Shown here in pieces: positions 1-9,495 of a DNA stretch of 64,000 nt. The stretch's first letter is position 1. Each line of letters opens with the position of its first letter. The stretch comes from Candidatus Woesearchaeota archaeon. Lineage in GTDB: Archaea > Nanobdellota > Nanobdellia > Woesearchaeales > JAAOYA01. A model generated the notes under the pieces. It was given only the letters and a program-made list of their open reading frames with translations. It had not been told where the DNA came from and ran no database searches. The DNA lies in contig JAAOYA010000001.1 of the NCBI GenBank assembly GCA_018221105.1, forward strand, positions 176,812 through 240,811, written 5' to 3'. A program made the translations under genes and the position numbers.

Positions 1-299
1 CTGCCCTTGCTAAGTTTTGTTTTATGGCCGTCAAGCTCAATGACTTCTTCTGTAATGTTTGCTGCTTTAAATGTTATTTCAATAACACTTTTTGCATAAT
101 CAGTTAATGGTTTAGGAACTTCAATTTTTAAGTTAATAGTTTTGCCATGCTCTTCTGCAATCTCTTCATGCTTTTTTTCTTCACCATAATAACCTTTATC
201 ATAAATCCAGTCATTGACAACTTTAAAGAGGTCTTGCAAGTTAAACAAACCTTCAAAACTAACAGTTTTTTCGTCAACAACAATTGTTTTTTCAGCCAT
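1..299 (-). CDS. Conserved hypothetical protein, 3' part runs off the window; paralog of 292..768
   Basis: Read by hand: ATG at 299, MAEKTIVVDEKTVSFEGLFNLQDLFKVVNDWIYDKGYYGEEKKH..., open to the window edge; start overlaps the stop of the upstream ORF. Confidence 0.8.
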   Translation of the reverse strand, partial: MAEKTIVVDEKTVSFEGLFNLQDLFKVVNDWIYDKGYYGEEKKHEEIAEEHGKTINLKIEVPKPLTDYAKSVIEITFKAANITEEVIELDGHKTKLSKG

Positions 300-768
300 T
301 TTTTAGTCCCATACCGATTTTTGTCTCTATTACTTTTTTTAAATCATTAGTTTCAATCCACAAATTAGTCCAATCTTCTTCATCTAATTTCTTTTTTAAC
401 AATTTATTATCTATAAACTTTTTTAATTTTTGCAATTTTTCACTTTTATCAAACCTTCCTTGATAGTCAGTTTCAACATTATAAGTTAATTTTATTTTAG
501 CGCGAGCCTGCTGCATAGTAGTTTTCTTGCCGTCCTTTACAACGTCAACATTTTTAATATCTAAAATGAACATGTCAAGACCGATAACGAATCGTACGTA
601 TTCACTGACTTTTTTCACAGGCGCCATAGAAATATTAATTTCATTACCTTTATTCTTATAATTTTTTTCAATAAAACGATACTTTTTGGCTTCAAACCAG
701 TTTTTAACACTATTGTATAAATCATTATAATCGAAAACTCCAACACGTTTAATCCAATACGAAGGCAT
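292..768 (-). CDS. Conserved hypothetical protein
   Basis: 158-aa ORF; GVFDYNDLYNSVKNWF aligns with GLFNLQDLFKVVNDWI of the neighbouring ORF. Confidence 0.8.
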   Translation of the reverse strand: MPSYWIKRVGVFDYNDLYNSVKNWFEAKKYRFIEKNYKNKGNEINISMAPVKKVSEYVRFVIGLDMFILDIKNVDVVKDGKKTTMQQARAKIKLTYNVETDYQGRFDKSEKLQKLKKFIDNKLLKKKLDEEDWTNLWIETNDLKKVIETKIGMGLKNG

Positions 769-848
769 AATATATACTTTGTCGTGTTACGTATTTAAAG
801 GTTTCGTGCAAACCTTTTTAAATATGGCAAAATCACCACAATAATAAT

Positions 849-1000
849 GTGGGGGTAGCAAAGTCTGGCCAAACGCGCAGGACTTAAGAATAAACCACTT
901 GTTGGGATATCCTGTTCCTTAGTGGATCCGCGGGTTCGAATCTATGACGGCTGGCCGGCATGGCCAGGAGCGTCAAGCGAATGTCCCGTCCCCCACACCA
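849..1000 (+). tRNA. tRNA-Leu(TAA) with two introns (37/38 at 889-908; 59/60 at 941-983), CCA encoded
   Basis: GTGGGGG/CCCCCAC acceptor stem, CAGGA/TCCTG anticodon stem, TAA at 885-887, long variable arm, GCGGG-TTCGAA|T-CCCGT after splicing. Confidence 0.92.
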
Positions 1001-1009
1001 CTTTTTAAA

Positions 1010-2101
1010 ATGAGCAAAGTAGCCATTGTAAAATGTTATGATTACGACCAAGTAATGGTCGATCACGCAATAAAAAAAGCAATAGCATTCTTAGGCGGTA
1101 TTGAACATTTTGTAAAAAAAGATTTTCAAGTTCTAATAAAACCAAACATGCTTAGCGCAAAAGAAGCAACTTTTGGCATTAATACTAATCCTGCAGTATT
1201 GAAAGCTGTTGTTAAACTAGTACAAACTGCTGGCGGCATTGCTTTTATTGGCGATAGTTCTGCCTTTAGCAAACAAGAAAAAGCTTACGCGAAAAGCGGG
1301 TTTGCAGATGTTGCAAAAGAAACAGGAGCAAAACTAGTAACATTTATTGCTAAAAAATTCGACAATCTTGACGGAGTAGTCAGCAAGTCATTTGAGCTAC
1401 ACAAAGACGTTTTCGAGTACGACTTGATTATTAACTTGCCTAAATTGAAGACTCACATGCTAACAGATTATACTGGAGCAGTCAAAAACTTGTATGGATT
1501 GATGCCTGGCTTGAAAAAAAGCAATTATCACCTGCGATTTAAAGATAAGTTAGTGTTCACACAAATGCTGGTGGATTTATATCTTATGATAACGCCAGAA
1601 TTAAACATTATGGACGCTATAATTTCAATGGAAGGTGAAGGGCCAGCATCGGGAGACTTAAAAAAAACTAATTTAATACTTGCCTCGCCTGACGCACTAT
1701 GTCTTGATTTAATAGCAACAAAAATCGTTGGATTAGAAAACACTCCTTTGCACACTGTTGCAAAAGAACGTAAGTTAATTTCTGATGTGCAAGTAGTAGG
1801 AGAAAAATTAGACTCTGTGCTAGTCAAAGATTTTAAAAAACCTACAGGTTACAAACCTTCAATTTTACAAGACATTGCAAGCAAAGTATTTACTTTAAAC
1901 CCTTACTTGATTAAAAAGAATTGTATTAGTTGCGCAGGGTGCGAGACTGTTTGCCCAACAAAACCAAAAACCATTAAGATGGAAAAAGATGATAGTGGTA
2001 AGAAATTTCCTGTTTTTGATTATAAGCATTGCATTCACTGTTATTGCTGCCACGAAAGCTGTCCTGCCAAAGCAATAGGGCTCAAACGGAAAATTTTATA
2101 A
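1010..2101 (+). CDS. DUF362 family protein with C-terminal 4Fe-4S dicluster
   Basis: VLIKPN, INLPKLKTH, GAVKNLYG and EGEGP motifs; two CxxCxxCxxxCP. Start moved to ATG 1010 because 944-1000 is tRNA. Confidence 0.9.
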   Translation: MSKVAIVKCYDYDQVMVDHAIKKAIAFLGGIEHFVKKDFQVLIKPNMLSAKEATFGINTNPAVLKAVVKLVQTAGGIAFIGDSSAFSKQEKAYAKSGFADVAKETGAKLVTFIAKKFDNLDGVVSKSFELHKDVFEYDLIINLPKLKTHMLTDYTGAVKNLYGLMPGLKKSNYHLRFKDKLVFTQMLVDLYLMITPELNIMDAIISMEGEGPASGDLKKTNLILASPDALCLDLIATKIVGLENTPLHTVAKERKLISDVQVVGEKLDSVLVKDFKKPTGYKPSILQDIASKVFTLNPYLIKKNCISCAGCETVCPTKPKTIKMEKDDSGKKFPVFDYKHCIHCYCCHESCPAKAIGLKRKIL

Positions 2102-2128
2102 AAACCTTCAATCTGCCAACATTAAACT

Positions 2129-2218
2129 GCCCCGCTGGCTTAGTGGTATAGCGCGTGCTTGGTAAACCGCAAGGTAACAAAAAGCACGAGGTCCCGAGTT
2201 CGATTCTCGGGCGGGGCT
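2129..2218 (+). tRNA. tRNA-Thr(GGT) with 37/38 intron (2165-2182)
   Basis: GCCCCGC/GCGGGGC acceptor, CGTGC/GCACG stem, GGT at 2161-2163, CCGAG-TTCGATT-CTCGG T-arm. Confidence 0.92.
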
Positions 2219-2293
2219 TTAAGCACGAGAAAACGTGTTTTCCAAAGTTTCATTCTCCGAAAAATTAATATATAGTTTACAAATTATATCGTT

Positions 2294-2875
2294 ATGACAT
2301 ATCAAGGTATAAAATTTGTTACAAGGATGATTGGAAGCGAAATTCCTATTCATTCGAATCTTGAAAGGCTTAAGTATTGGTGTAATGTTTTTGATCAGAA
2401 AGGTTTAGCGCCGCCTTATGATGGCGGTTCTTTTGGCAATTTAAGTTTTAGAGTTCAACCAGGTTCTGAGCAGTTTATTATCACTGCCGCTCAAAGCGCA
2501 CTATCTGAATCTTCTGATAACAACAATTTTGTAACAGTTAACAAAGTAGATTTAGAACAAGGAATTGTTTACTCTATAGGATCTAGAGAGCCTTCTTCAG
2601 AGGCCATGGTGCACGCGGCAGTATACAATACAAGACCTAACGTTCAAGCGGTGTTTCACGGACATTGTCAAGTGATCACTGAACGGGCTGCAGATTTAGG
2701 GATCCCTGTCACGTTAGAAGAAGCGCCTTACGGAACTGTAGAACTGGTTAATAGAGTGTTGGAAGTTTTAGAAGATCATAACTTTGTTGAGATGAAAAAT
2801 CATGGTTTTCTAGCACTTGGCAAATCTTTAGATGAAGCAGGAAACATTTCGCTAGATTTTCTTAACAAGTGCTAG
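2294..2875 (+). CDS. Class II aldolase/adducin family protein
   Basis: GNLS, PSSE..H...Y, AVFHGH and NHG motifs. Confidence 0.85.
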   Translation: MTYQGIKFVTRMIGSEIPIHSNLERLKYWCNVFDQKGLAPPYDGGSFGNLSFRVQPGSEQFIITAAQSALSESSDNNNFVTVNKVDLEQGIVYSIGSREPSSEAMVHAAVYNTRPNVQAVFHGHCQVITERAADLGIPVTLEEAPYGTVELVNRVLEVLEDHNFVEMKNHGFLALGKSLDEAGNISLDFLNKC

Positions 2876-2907
2876 AATATTCCCAAAACCTGAACTTTAG
2901 TGTAAAA

Positions 2908-2922
2908 CTCGGGCGGGGCTTT
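2908..2922 (+). repeat. 15-bp direct repeat of the tRNA-Thr 3' end (attR-like)
   Basis: CTCGGGCGGGGCTTT at both 2206-2220 and 2908-2922. Confidence 0.85.
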
Positions 2923-2968
2923 CTTGTTTTTGAATAACCTTATAAATTGATCTTAATTCGCTACCGTT

Positions 2969-3316
2969 ATGGCGCGATTTGATGGTCCAAGAGAACGAAA
3001 AAGTAGAAGTTTTAGAAGTGATAGTTCATCTAAGAGAGATTTTAGAGAAGACAGCAAGGGTTCTTCGCGAAATAGTAGGAATAGACGTGATTTTGAATTT
3101 ACGGAGGTTACTTGTGCTTCGTGCAGTACTAAATGTAAAGTTCCTTTCAAGCCAACTTCTAACAAACCAGTTTTTTGTGAAGACTGTTTTAAAAAACAAG
3201 ACAAGTCAAAGCCTGTTAGGTCTTCTAGAGAGTCATATAATAAGCCTTCTGAAAGAGATTTAGATATTATCAATGAAAAGCTTAATAAGATAATGAAAGC
3301 GTTGAATATTGAATAA
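2969..3316 (+). CDS. CxxC-x17-CxxC zinc-binding domain protein
   Basis: CASC-STKCKVPFKPTSNKPVF-CEDC flanked by R/S/D-rich low-complexity segments. Confidence 0.85.
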   Translation: MARFDGPRERKSRSFRSDSSSKRDFREDSKGSSRNSRNRRDFEFTEVTCASCSTKCKVPFKPTSNKPVFCEDCFKKQDKSKPVRSSRESYNKPSERDLDIINEKLNKIMKALNIE

Positions 3317-3348
3317 GTTGACTCTATTCATAACAATTTTTTAAGAAT

Positions 3349-4602
3349 TTACTTGTTTTGTTCTTGGACGATGCTTCTCAGTTCTCGTAGGTATTCGCGT
3401 GGTACTTCGTCCCATAGTAGTAATGGTCTTATTTCTTCTGGGTCTTTTTTGAATGCGTCGAAAGCTCTTTTTACTGCTTGTTTGAATGTTTGCACTCTTT
3501 CTAGTTCTTTTAGTGTGTCATATTCCCAGTTTTTGTTATGTGATAATTGTTTGTAATTTTCTATTGCTCTGTGAGCGTATTTTTCGTAGTCTCGTAGTAC
3601 TTGATCGAATTTTTTTTCATCCAAAATATCTCTTCCCATTATAGAGTACATTTTTCTAAGCATTGTTTTTGTTACTTCCTCACTCATTCTGTTTAATCCT
3701 TTGGTAGCGTCGTTTGGACTTTCTGAGCTGTGTTTGTGGTCATAAACTCCTAGGTCTACTTGTGCTATGTTGTAGCGTTTTTCGAATAAACTGTTTAATA
3801 TTCCTATTTCTAGGCCCCAGTCTGGTTGTACTCTTAGGTCTCCTGCTATGTTTGATTGCATTGCGAATTCTCCGCTTAATTGGTAGTGGAAGCTTTGCAC
3901 GAATTCTAGATAATCTTTTATTGTTTTGTTGGTGTAGTCTTCTGTGTCTCTTGAGTGATAGTTTTTCTTTAGTGATTCTATTAATGGTTTTACTAATAGT
4001 CTTTTGACGCGTCCGCGCAGTTCTTGTTTGCCGTTCGGTCCTTGTGTTAAGCGTGTGTAGTAGGCTTTTACAAAGTCAGCGTTGAATTCTGGGTGCACTA
4101 TTGGCGTTACCAGGCTTAATAGTATTGATTCATCGTAGTATTCTGGTAGTATGTCACAATCGTGTATCACGAATGAACTGCCTTTTTGTGTTGCGAAGCG
4201 ATAGCCTAGTCCTGTCCACATGTTGCGTCCTTTTCCTGGTTGCAGGGGCAGGTTTAGATTTTTTTGCATTTGATTGTATAATTTTGTCATTCTTGGGCTG
4301 TTGTTCCACATTACTTCACAACGAGGTATAACTGTGAATTTTTTTTTGACTTCTAAGAATTTTTGTTTTGTGTCTGCTGTGTCCAGTCCTATTATTACTG
4401 CGTCAAAACAATCGTATTTTTCTTGTAGTGTTTTGATGGTGTTTATTATGTTGTTGATTGTTGGTTCGTTTGTGGCGTCCTCAAATGTTGTTGGTAAGAA
4501 TAAGTATATTGGTTGGTCTTGTAAGTACTTGATTGTTTCTTTTTTGATTTTTTCACTTATTAGTCCTAAGTTTGTTGTGAATTTGTCTTGTGTTATTACC
4601 AT
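3349..4602 (-). CDS. gpgS: Glucosyl-3-phosphoglycerate synthase-like glycosyltransferase
   Basis: GKGRNMW, HDCDI, KAYYTR, GRVKRL, YQLSGEF, DWGLEIG and YDHKH motifs; ATG 4602 with a TATA-like box about 25 nt upstream. Confidence 0.75.
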   Translation of the reverse strand: MVITQDKFTTNLGLISEKIKKETIKYLQDQPIYLFLPTTFEDATNEPTINNIINTIKTLQEKYDCFDAVIIGLDTADTKQKFLEVKKKFTVIPRCEVMWNNSPRMTKLYNQMQKNLNLPLQPGKGRNMWTGLGYRFATQKGSSFVIHDCDILPEYYDESILLSLVTPIVHPEFNADFVKAYYTRLTQGPNGKQELRGRVKRLLVKPLIESLKKNYHSRDTEDYTNKTIKDYLEFVQSFHYQLSGEFAMQSNIAGDLRVQPDWGLEIGILNSLFEKRYNIAQVDLGVYDHKHSSESPNDATKGLNRMSEEVTKTMLRKMYSIMGRDILDEKKFDQVLRDYEKYAHRAIENYKQLSHNKNWEYDTLKELERVQTFKQAVKRAFDAFKKDPEEIRPLLLWDEVPREYLRELRSIVQEQNK

Positions 4603-4704
4603 ATAGGCCAGAAAGAACAACCAATATATAAATGTTACTACTTATAAGTGACTTTAAACTATTTTTTGAGTAGTTTTTTATAATTGATAACATTTTATTA
4701 GTTT

Positions 4705-4920
4705 ATGGCGATGTGTACTACTAATTTAGTTCAACTACTTACGGGTTATGGCCTATCACTGTTCACTCCTGCACTAGTTCATTTTGTCATGCGTAAGTAC
4801 TTAATCAAAAACAAAAAATATTTTTGGGTTATCGGATTAGTGGCAGCAGTCATTTTATTTGCTTCATTATTGATATCAAACGAGTTATCAACTGTTTGTT
4901 TTGATGTAATTGTTCAATAA
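4705..4920 (+). CDS. Small two-TM membrane protein
   Basis: 71-aa ORF with two hydrophobic segments. Confidence 0.6.
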   Translation: MAMCTTNLVQLLTGYGLSLFTPALVHFVMRKYLIKNKKYFWVIGLVAAVILFASLLISNELSTVCFDVIVQ

Positions 4921-4951
4921 GTTTTTTATAGTTTAAAAATAATAATTTTGT

Positions 4952-5110
4952 ATGGTTAAATGGTCGGTTTTTAGTATAGGTGCGCTTTTTGTATTTTCTG
5001 GCTGGCTTGGCCAAGGATGGCTTGCAAGCGTTAACAAGTTAGGCTATGTTATGGCTTTTGGACTTGTTGCTTTTGGCGCTTTGTTTATGGTAACAAGCTT
5101 ATTCGACTAA
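4952..5110 (+). CDS. Small hydrophobic protein (52 aa), below the ORF-track cutoff
   Basis: MVKWSVFSIGALFVFSGWLGQGWLASVNKLGYVMAFGLVAFGALFMVTSLFD*; AT-rich TATA-like element upstream. Confidence 0.6.
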   Translation: MVKWSVFSIGALFVFSGWLGQGWLASVNKLGYVMAFGLVAFGALFMVTSLFD

Positions 5111-5165
5111 TTTTCTACTGCACAGTAAAGAAAGTTTTATAAATAAGTGTGCTTAGCGACCTGTT

Positions 5166-5867
5166 ATGAACTTTAAGCCCATCACAGTACTATTAATGAT
5201 TATTCTACTAGCTGTCAATGCTAGTGCAGTTATTAGTTTTGTCACAACAGCACAATCTATCAACCCTTTTTATTATGGTGGCGATGGCAAAAGAGTTTGG
5301 ATTGCTACGCTAGACGCTAAACAAGTATTAAAAATTGGCAGCGTAGATATTGTAGAATTAGAGTATGACAACAAAAAATATTTCTTAGCTGTTGAAGAAC
5401 GCACAAGCAACAAATTCGAAATAGGCATCAGTCCAGGAAATATAAAGTTCGAACTATTCGAAAGTCAAACAAAAGGAGTTGACCTTGACGGCGACACAGA
5501 AAGCGATATCGACGTCACATTTGTTGATTTTCAAGACCGCAAAGCAAGGCTATCATTTAAACTATCAGAAAGGCCCAAAAAACTACCAGTCTACATCCCT
5601 CCGCCAAAACCAATAATTGAAGAAACAGATGAAGAACCAATAATTTCAACACCAGACATTAAAGACGTAGCACTCAATGATTTTGTTGCAGAAGACGAAT
5701 TCGCACCAACAAACAAAACAAGCATCATAACACAAATTACAGGTTGGTCAGTACTACAAGGCAGAACAAGCGTTACAGGATGGATTATTGCAGGATTAAT
5801 TGTTGGCTTTGGACTAGGACTGTTTTTTCTTATTGAACAAATAATAGTGAAAAAACAACACTATTAA
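5166..5867 (+). CDS. Secreted/surface protein with signal peptide and C-terminal membrane anchor
   Basis: N-terminal signal peptide, DLDGD motif, P/E-rich linker, ITGWSV motif before the C-terminal TM helix. Confidence 0.75.
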   Translation: MNFKPITVLLMIILLAVNASAVISFVTTAQSINPFYYGGDGKRVWIATLDAKQVLKIGSVDIVELEYDNKKYFLAVEERTSNKFEIGISPGNIKFELFESQTKGVDLDGDTESDIDVTFVDFQDRKARLSFKLSERPKKLPVYIPPPKPIIEETDEEPIISTPDIKDVALNDFVAEDEFAPTNKTSIITQITGWSVLQGRTSVTGWIIAGLIVGFGLGLFFLIEQIIVKKQHY

Positions 5868-5908
5868 CAATAATCTTTAAATAATAAACACGTTTCTTCA
5901 CGATAATT

Positions 5909-6009
5909 GGGCCTGTAGTCTAGTGGCTATGACATCGCCTCGACAAAAAAACAATACTGTTTTTTCGAAGCGGCGGGGGTCCCCGGTTCGAGTCCGGGCA
6001 GGCCCACCA
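5909..6009 (+). tRNA. tRNA-Val(GAC) with 37/38 intron (5946-5970), C at position 33, CCA encoded
   Basis: GGGCCTG/CAGGCCC acceptor; TCGCC/GGCGG stem; BHB central helix TCGA/TCGA with bulges CA|A and AG|C. Confidence 0.88.
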
Positions 6010-6068
6010 TCTTTTTTTGGTTAAATTTAAAAAGTAGTAATTGTTTATACTCTAAAAGAGGTCATTAA

Positions 6069-7121
6069 ATGAAAGACTATAAAAAGCACGCTCCAAAAGT
6101 TTTATTGTTAATATCATTTGTATTATCATTTATTATTGTTCTGCCGTACTTGAAAGCTATTCTTGCAAGTTTCGTAATAGCATATATTTTTTATCCTTTA
6201 TACAGATGGTTCTACAAAAAGACAGGTTGGAAGAATCGCTCTGCTTTAATTGTTTCAATAATTATTGTGTTGATTGCGGTCATACCTTTAATATTACTCA
6301 TCAATACTCTATCACAAGAAGTTCGCATTGGTTACTTGCTTGCAAAACAACAGTTTGGTGATGGAATGCTATTTACTTGCCAAGGAGAAAACATATTCTG
6401 CTCTTTTATTGGAAGTGCTGAATCTTTCATGACAGATCTAGAATTAGATTTTTATTTAGGACACGGATTTTCAAATTTTAGTGATTGGCTCTTTGAAAGA
6501 TTATCCGAAACCATTTTAGCAATCCCATCAATAATGCTAAATATTTTCATCAGCATTTTCATAACGTTTTTCTTATTTCGAGATGGCCCAAAATTCTTAT
6601 CAATTATCAAAAACTTATTACACTTAAAAAAATCACACCAACATAAAATTTTCAAGCGTTTAGAAGAAATAACTTTCGCAGTAGTTTATGGAACAATAAT
6701 AGTTGCTCTGATACAAGGCACTATTGCGGCAATAGGCTTTTTGATTTTCGGAATTTCAAACCCTGTACTAGGAGGCATTGCGACAGCCATTGCCGCGCTT
6801 ATACCTTTTATTGGAACTATACTGGTGTGGGGTCCAGTATCATTTTATCAGATTGTTTTCGGTCTTGCTAACGGCGACTCAAGCAGAATCTTTAGGGGTT
6901 TTGGACTGTTACTTTATGGCTTTTTCATAATCAGCACAATCGACAATATAATAAAACCAAAAATTATTGGTGACAGGGCAAAAATACACCCTGTACTAGT
7001 ATTGTTGGGTGTTTTAGGAGGGTTAAGCCTTTTAGGTTTTATTGGCTTGTTTGTAGGGCCTGTAATTTTAGCTTTGATGACAGTGTTCTTGCAGCTTAGC
7101 GAGGAAGACTTTCAAAAATGA
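6069..7121 (+). CDS. AI-2E family transporter
   Basis: Multi-TM protein; ALIQG, IPFIGT, DNIIKP and HP..VLLGVLGG...GFIGLFVGP motifs. Confidence 0.92.
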   Translation: MKDYKKHAPKVLLLISFVLSFIIVLPYLKAILASFVIAYIFYPLYRWFYKKTGWKNRSALIVSIIIVLIAVIPLILLINTLSQEVRIGYLLAKQQFGDGMLFTCQGENIFCSFIGSAESFMTDLELDFYLGHGFSNFSDWLFERLSETILAIPSIMLNIFISIFITFFLFRDGPKFLSIIKNLLHLKKSHQHKIFKRLEEITFAVVYGTIIVALIQGTIAAIGFLIFGISNPVLGGIATAIAALIPFIGTILVWGPVSFYQIVFGLANGDSSRIFRGFGLLLYGFFIISTIDNIIKPKIIGDRAKIHPVLVLLGVLGGLSLLGFIGLFVGPVILALMTVFLQLSEEDFQK

Positions 7122-8617
7122 AACTTATCGTCAAAGATGTAGACATTTTTTCAGGAGGACCTCCAATAGTAGTCCTCAACGAAGAAGACGCTAGAAAACT
7201 AGACTTGCACACTGGCGACAGGGTAAAATTACATTATGAAAAAAAAGTAGAAACTGGAATTGTTGATATGGCAACTGCAGCTTCTAGAATTTTACCGCCA
7301 GGATCAATAGCATTATTTGATGAATTAATAATTGCTTTGGGCGTTCGCACTGGTGACGTTGTTGAAGTTCGAATGGCGCAAAAACCTGACAGTTTAGGGT
7401 TTATCAAAAAAAAACTTGAAGGCAAAAAATTATTGTATAAAGAAATAAATTCTATAATTGAAGATATTGTAAACAATAACTTGTCAGAAATAGAACTGAC
7501 ATATTTTGTTGCAGCATGCTATATTCACGAACTAGACTTGCAAGAAACTATTGATTTGACTAAAGCCATTTATGAAAACGGAGAACAAATAAATTTTAAA
7601 GGCAAAACAGTTGTTGACAAACATTGTGTTGGAGGGGTAGCCGGCAATAGGACAACGCCCATTGTAGTATCGATTGTTGCAGCTGCTGGTTTGATAATTC
7701 CAAAAACCAGCTCTAGAAGCATCACAAGTCCCGCGGGAACTGCTGATACTATTGAAGTTTTAGCAAATGTTACTTTTTCTGCTGACGCGATGAAAGAAAT
7801 AGTTAGAAAAACAGGCGCTTGCATGATATGGGGTGGTGGCGTTAACATTGCACCAGCAGATGATAAAATAATCAAAGTAGAATATCCTATGAGCTTAGAT
7901 CCTATAGGACAACTTTTAGCAAGTGTTCTCGCTAAAAAGAAAGCTGTTGGAGTTCAAAAATTATTAATAGATATTCCTTACGGTTTAGGCTCAAAAATTC
8001 CAACTCGCAAAAAAGCATTAGACTTAGAGCGCAAGTTCAAAAAAGTTTGCAAAGCACTAAAAATGACTGTTGACGTCGTGCTAACACCAGGCTTTCAACC
8101 AATAGGCAATGGTATAGGCCCAAACCTTGAAGCTCGCGATTCATTATACGTTTTAGAAAATGATGATCGCCAACCAATGGACTTGCGAAGAAAAGCAATA
8201 ACACTTGCCGGCAGAATATTAGAGCTTGGCGGCGTTTCAATAAAAAGTCACGGTAAAAAACTAGCTCGCAGAATACTAGACAGTGGAGCAGCATATCAAA
8301 AGTTTCGCGAAATTATTGCAGCACAAGGCGGCGTTGCAAACATTAGACCAGAACACATAAGAGTTGGAGCTTACAGAGCACACATTAGAGCACCAAAAAA
8401 TGGTGTTGTGAGCATGATTCCAAACAAAGTAATAACAGCTGTAGCGCGAGTTGCAGGAGCACCACAAGACGCTGCAGCAGGAGTGTACCTGTACAAACAC
8501 GTCAGCGACTTTGTAAAAAAAGACGAAATACTATTCACAGTATTCTCTGACAGCAAAGAAAAACTAAAGTACGCAGTAAACCTATACAAAAAACTAGTAG
8601 AAGTACAAATACATTAA
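7118..8617 (+). CDS. deoA: AMP phosphorylase (thymidine phosphorylase family)
   Basis: N-terminal extension, DKHCVGGVAGN, PKTSSRSITSPAGTAD and ARVAGAP motifs. Confidence 0.92.
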   Translation: MKLIVKDVDIFSGGPPIVVLNEEDARKLDLHTGDRVKLHYEKKVETGIVDMATAASRILPPGSIALFDELIIALGVRTGDVVEVRMAQKPDSLGFIKKKLEGKKLLYKEINSIIEDIVNNNLSEIELTYFVAACYIHELDLQETIDLTKAIYENGEQINFKGKTVVDKHCVGGVAGNRTTPIVVSIVAAAGLIIPKTSSRSITSPAGTADTIEVLANVTFSADAMKEIVRKTGACMIWGGGVNIAPADDKIIKVEYPMSLDPIGQLLASVLAKKKAVGVQKLLIDIPYGLGSKIPTRKKALDLERKFKKVCKALKMTVDVVLTPGFQPIGNGIGPNLEARDSLYVLENDDRQPMDLRRKAITLAGRILELGGVSIKSHGKKLARRILDSGAAYQKFREIIAAQGGVANIRPEHIRVGAYRAHIRAPKNGVVSMIPNKVITAVARVAGAPQDAAAGVYLYKHVSDFVKKDEILFTVFSDSKEKLKYAVNLYKKLVEVQIH

Positions 8618-8730
8618 TTTTCTTGCTTGCAAGAGAGAGCATCAAATTTTCTCGTAATGATTTCATCTATAAAGTTTAACAACGCTGGATAAATTATTGA
8701 TTAGCCATATATCTACCAAGATCATATTAC

Positions 8731-9084
8731 TTATCGAGTTCTAATATAGTAAGGTATCAATCTTGTTCCAAAGAAAAAACCTATTATTATTAGTACAAGA
8801 ATTTCAAAATTTTTTAAGAATAAAGGATAACACTGCTCATTCATTGTACCCAAAAAACAAATAAATGAAATAATAATTATAAGCAGATAAGTAAATATTA
8901 TGGCTTTGCCAAGTAATGACGCTAAATTATCAAACTTTCCCATTTGTTCTGCAGAATATTTTATGTGATCAAAATCTTTTAGTTGAGGATCAGGAGTGTC
9001 TAGCGCTTCTATATCTTCAACAAGGCTACGAACTTCACTATTTAACACCGCTTTCTTTTTAACTTTCATAATTTCCCTCAACAT
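8731..9084 (-). CDS. Hypothetical two-TM membrane protein
   Basis: 117 aa with two C-terminal TM helices ending IIGFFFG. Confidence 0.6.
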   Translation of the reverse strand: MLREIMKVKKKAVLNSEVRSLVEDIEALDTPDPQLKDFDHIKYSAEQMGKFDNLASLLGKAIIFTYLLIIIISFICFLGTMNEQCYPLFLKNFEILVLIIIGFFFGTRLIPYYIRTR

Positions 9085-9103
9085 AATTAAAATAATTAAA
9101 AAA

Positions 9104-9340
9104 TTAAAAAATAATTTCTTTAATGTTGCCTTTTGAATCTCTCAACAACACCTTAGCACCTTTATCGGACAGTTTTTCTTCAGTAATAAACTTATACAGT
9201 TTTAAACTAGCCTTTATAACTTCAGCTTTTGATGTTGCCTCTAATTCAGTTCTTAACTCTTCTAAATCGTTAAGAGCTTTTTTACTTATATTTACTTGTA
9301 ATTTATGTAGGTCTTTTGCAGCTTTTTGCTTTGCAGCCAT
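9104..9340 (-). CDS. Ribbon-helix-helix-like DNA-binding protein
   Basis: KLQVNIS-(helix)-TSKAEVIKASL pattern typical of CopG/RHH proteins. Confidence 0.6.
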   Translation of the reverse strand: MAAKQKAAKDLHKLQVNISKKALNDLEELRTELEATSKAEVIKASLKLYKFITEEKLSDKGAKVLLRDSKGNIKEIIF

Positions 9341-9495
9341 TATCTTTCACCTCAACGATTAAGTACTCCAGAATGTATCTTTTTTATATAAATGTTACGG
9401 ATAATTTCCATATTAAATAAGTAATTTATCATCATTTATTAAGTAAAATTGCGTCCAAGATATATAAATATATCGGAAAAACTTATAAAAAACTA

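Noticed and set aside
944..1009. N-terminal extension of the DUF362 ORF
   Set aside because: Overlaps the tRNA-Leu intron and 3' exon; ATG 1010 is the plausible start
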